From contig BAAFSQ010000025.1 in the NCBI GenBank assembly GCA_054661495.1, forward strand, positions 32,916 through 64,915: a stretch of DNA of 32,000 nt, in the 5' to 3' direction. The notes under the pieces are model-generated. The model made no database searches and was not told the DNA's origin. It worked only from the letters and a program-made list of their open reading frames with translations. The position numbers and the translations under genes are program-made. This DNA comes from Zygophlyctis sp. KS116 (lineage: Eukaryota; Fungi; Chytridiomycota). Positions 30,817 to 32,000 of this stretch are shown piece by piece (positions within the stretch are counted from its first letter, which is position 1; each line of letters begins with the position of its first letter).

Positions 30817-31836
30817 TTATAGAGTAGGACTCCAAAATGCCAAATCTGAATCTGCACTTGCAAACATCATATATCTAGGATTCCAAGCAACAGCTGTACT
30901 TGCTTTACAATGTCCTTCAAGCGAAGTTATTAATTTTCCAGATTCAACTTCCCAAAAATATATAGAACCATCTTGAGATCCTGAATATACAAATTTCCCA
31001 CAAGGAGTAAAATTGGAATCTAAAGAAAGACCTTGTTGATTTGAATGTCCTTCTAGTCTATGTTTCAAATCTCCACTAAAAGCATCTATTATATAAATGA
31101 CATTCATTTTTGTTGAAATTAGTATATAATTCCCATCATTACTAAATTGAATATTTGACCATTGAGGAATAAATGAAGTATTTGATTCTATATTTTTAGC
31201 TTTTGATTCTATATTTTTAGCTACATCAAATGAAGCAAAAGGTCCATTTTCATAATTTTTTAAATCATATAATCTCAACATCCTTGATTGCATTCCCACA
31301 CCAAATACCAAACCACCTTGATCAAATCCAATGACTGAAGGACCTGAGCCTGCCATTGTACTCATGAATCCCTGACAATTTGGACTCCTTAGATCCCATA
31401 ACCTAACAGTTTCATCCTCTGAACAACTTAAAAATGTATCATCTTGTGGAGACATTTTCAAGTTTACTACTCTTTTAGTATGTCCCTTGTAGTATCTTAG
31501 ATATTTGTTATCATAAATTGAAAGATATCTAATTGCATCGTCTTCTTTAGTAGAAGCGTAAATTAAATTTGTAGGTTTATGAGTGAATCTAGCCAAAGAA
31601 CAACCATATTTCTTTGAGTATGCAGTATTTTTCAATTTTCCTAATCTTGCATCGTAGAGCCTTAGAGTTTCATCACCTGAAGAACTTAACAAGTATGATC
31701 CGGTTGCATCAAAATCAATAGAGTAATTACAAGTAGCATTGGGAAATACCTTTCCAACTTGAAATTTCTGAAATAAATCTCTGGATAAAACCATTCCATT
31801 TCCCTTTTTTGCGCCGCCGGTTGTTGTTTTTTCCAT
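30817..31836 (-). CDS. SWD2: WD40 protein Swd2/WDR82 (COMPASS/CPF)
   Basis: SKKYGC.LARFTH, ASTKEDDAIRYLS.YDNKYLRYY.GH, DETVRLWDLRSPNCQG, GPFASF, NPRYMMFASA...LAFW. The true start may be the second Met at 31794. Confidence 0.95.
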   Translation of the reverse strand: MEKTTTGGAKKGNGMVLSRDLFQKFQVGKVFPNATCNYSIDFDATGSYLLSSSGDETLRLYDARLGKLKNTAYSKKYGCSLARFTHKPTNLIYASTKEDDAIRYLSIYDNKYLRYYKGHTKRVVNLKMSPQDDTFLSCSEDETVRLWDLRSPNCQGFMSTMAGSGPSVIGFDQGGLVFGVGMQSRMLRLYDLKNYENGPFASFDVAKNIESKAKNIESNTSFIPQWSNIQFSNDGNYILISTKMNVIYIIDAFSGDLKHRLEGHSNQQGLSLDSNFTPCGKFVYSGSQDGSIYFWEVESGKLITSLEGHCKASTAVAWNPRYMMFASADSDLAFWSPTL

Positions 31837-32000
31837 TGACCTGATGTTTAACCCAACCAGCCGTTGGACTTGACCTGATGTTTAACCCAACCAGCCGTTG
31901 AACTTGACCTGATGTTAACCCAACCAGCCGTTGAACTTGACCTGATGTTAACCCAACCAGCCGTTGGACTTGCCCTGATGTTTAACCCAACCAGCCGTTG
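31836..32000. repeat. 33-34 bp minisatellite, at least 4.9 copies, runs off the window
   Basis: TTGACCTGATGTT(T)AACCCAACCAGCCGTTG(G/A)AC units at 31836, 31870, 31904, 31937 and 31970, with no spacers. Confidence 0.95.

Noticed and set aside
31836-32000. CRISPR array or telomere (34-bp units containing TAACCC)
   Set aside because: There are no spacers or cas genes, and the context is eukaryotic. The C-rich strand points toward the right end, the wrong orientation for a right telomere.
1-32000. tRNA, rRNA, transposon or viral sequence; microsporidian origin
   Set aside because: None was recognised. Flagellar genes, DHCR7, a mitoribosome-type S3 and high intron density argue against canonical microsporidia.

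Overview
This is AT-rich, extremely compact eukaryotic nuclear DNA with the standard genetic code. I can assemble about 25 protein-coding genes, several invisible in the ORF track because they are split by roughly 70 tiny GT-AG introns. Almost all introns are 24-35 nt, with two outliers of 72 and 91 nt. Fungal-type genes (Rgd1-like F-BAR RhoGAP, Lsb1/Pin3-like, Bni4/Phactr-like, GLTP/HET-C2, CapA-family) sit beside flagellar/centriolar genes (CCDC40-like, SPATA17-like, CSTPP1/C11orf49-like) and a DHCR7. I infer a zoosporic, chytrid-like fungus. The main points of interest are: (1) a candidate stathmin/STMND1-like tubulin-sequestering protein with two tubulin-binding repeats; (2) microsporidia-like architecture, with mini-introns, 19-41 nt spacers between tandem genes, a 35-bp divergent promoter and CCC/GGG motifs before start codons; (3) a nuclear, intron-containing gene for only the C-terminal domain of mitochondrial ribosomal protein S3; (4) recurrent tandem micro-duplications in intergenic DNA, including a 33-34 bp minisatellite at the right edge. 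All gene models and family assignments were made by eye, without searches.
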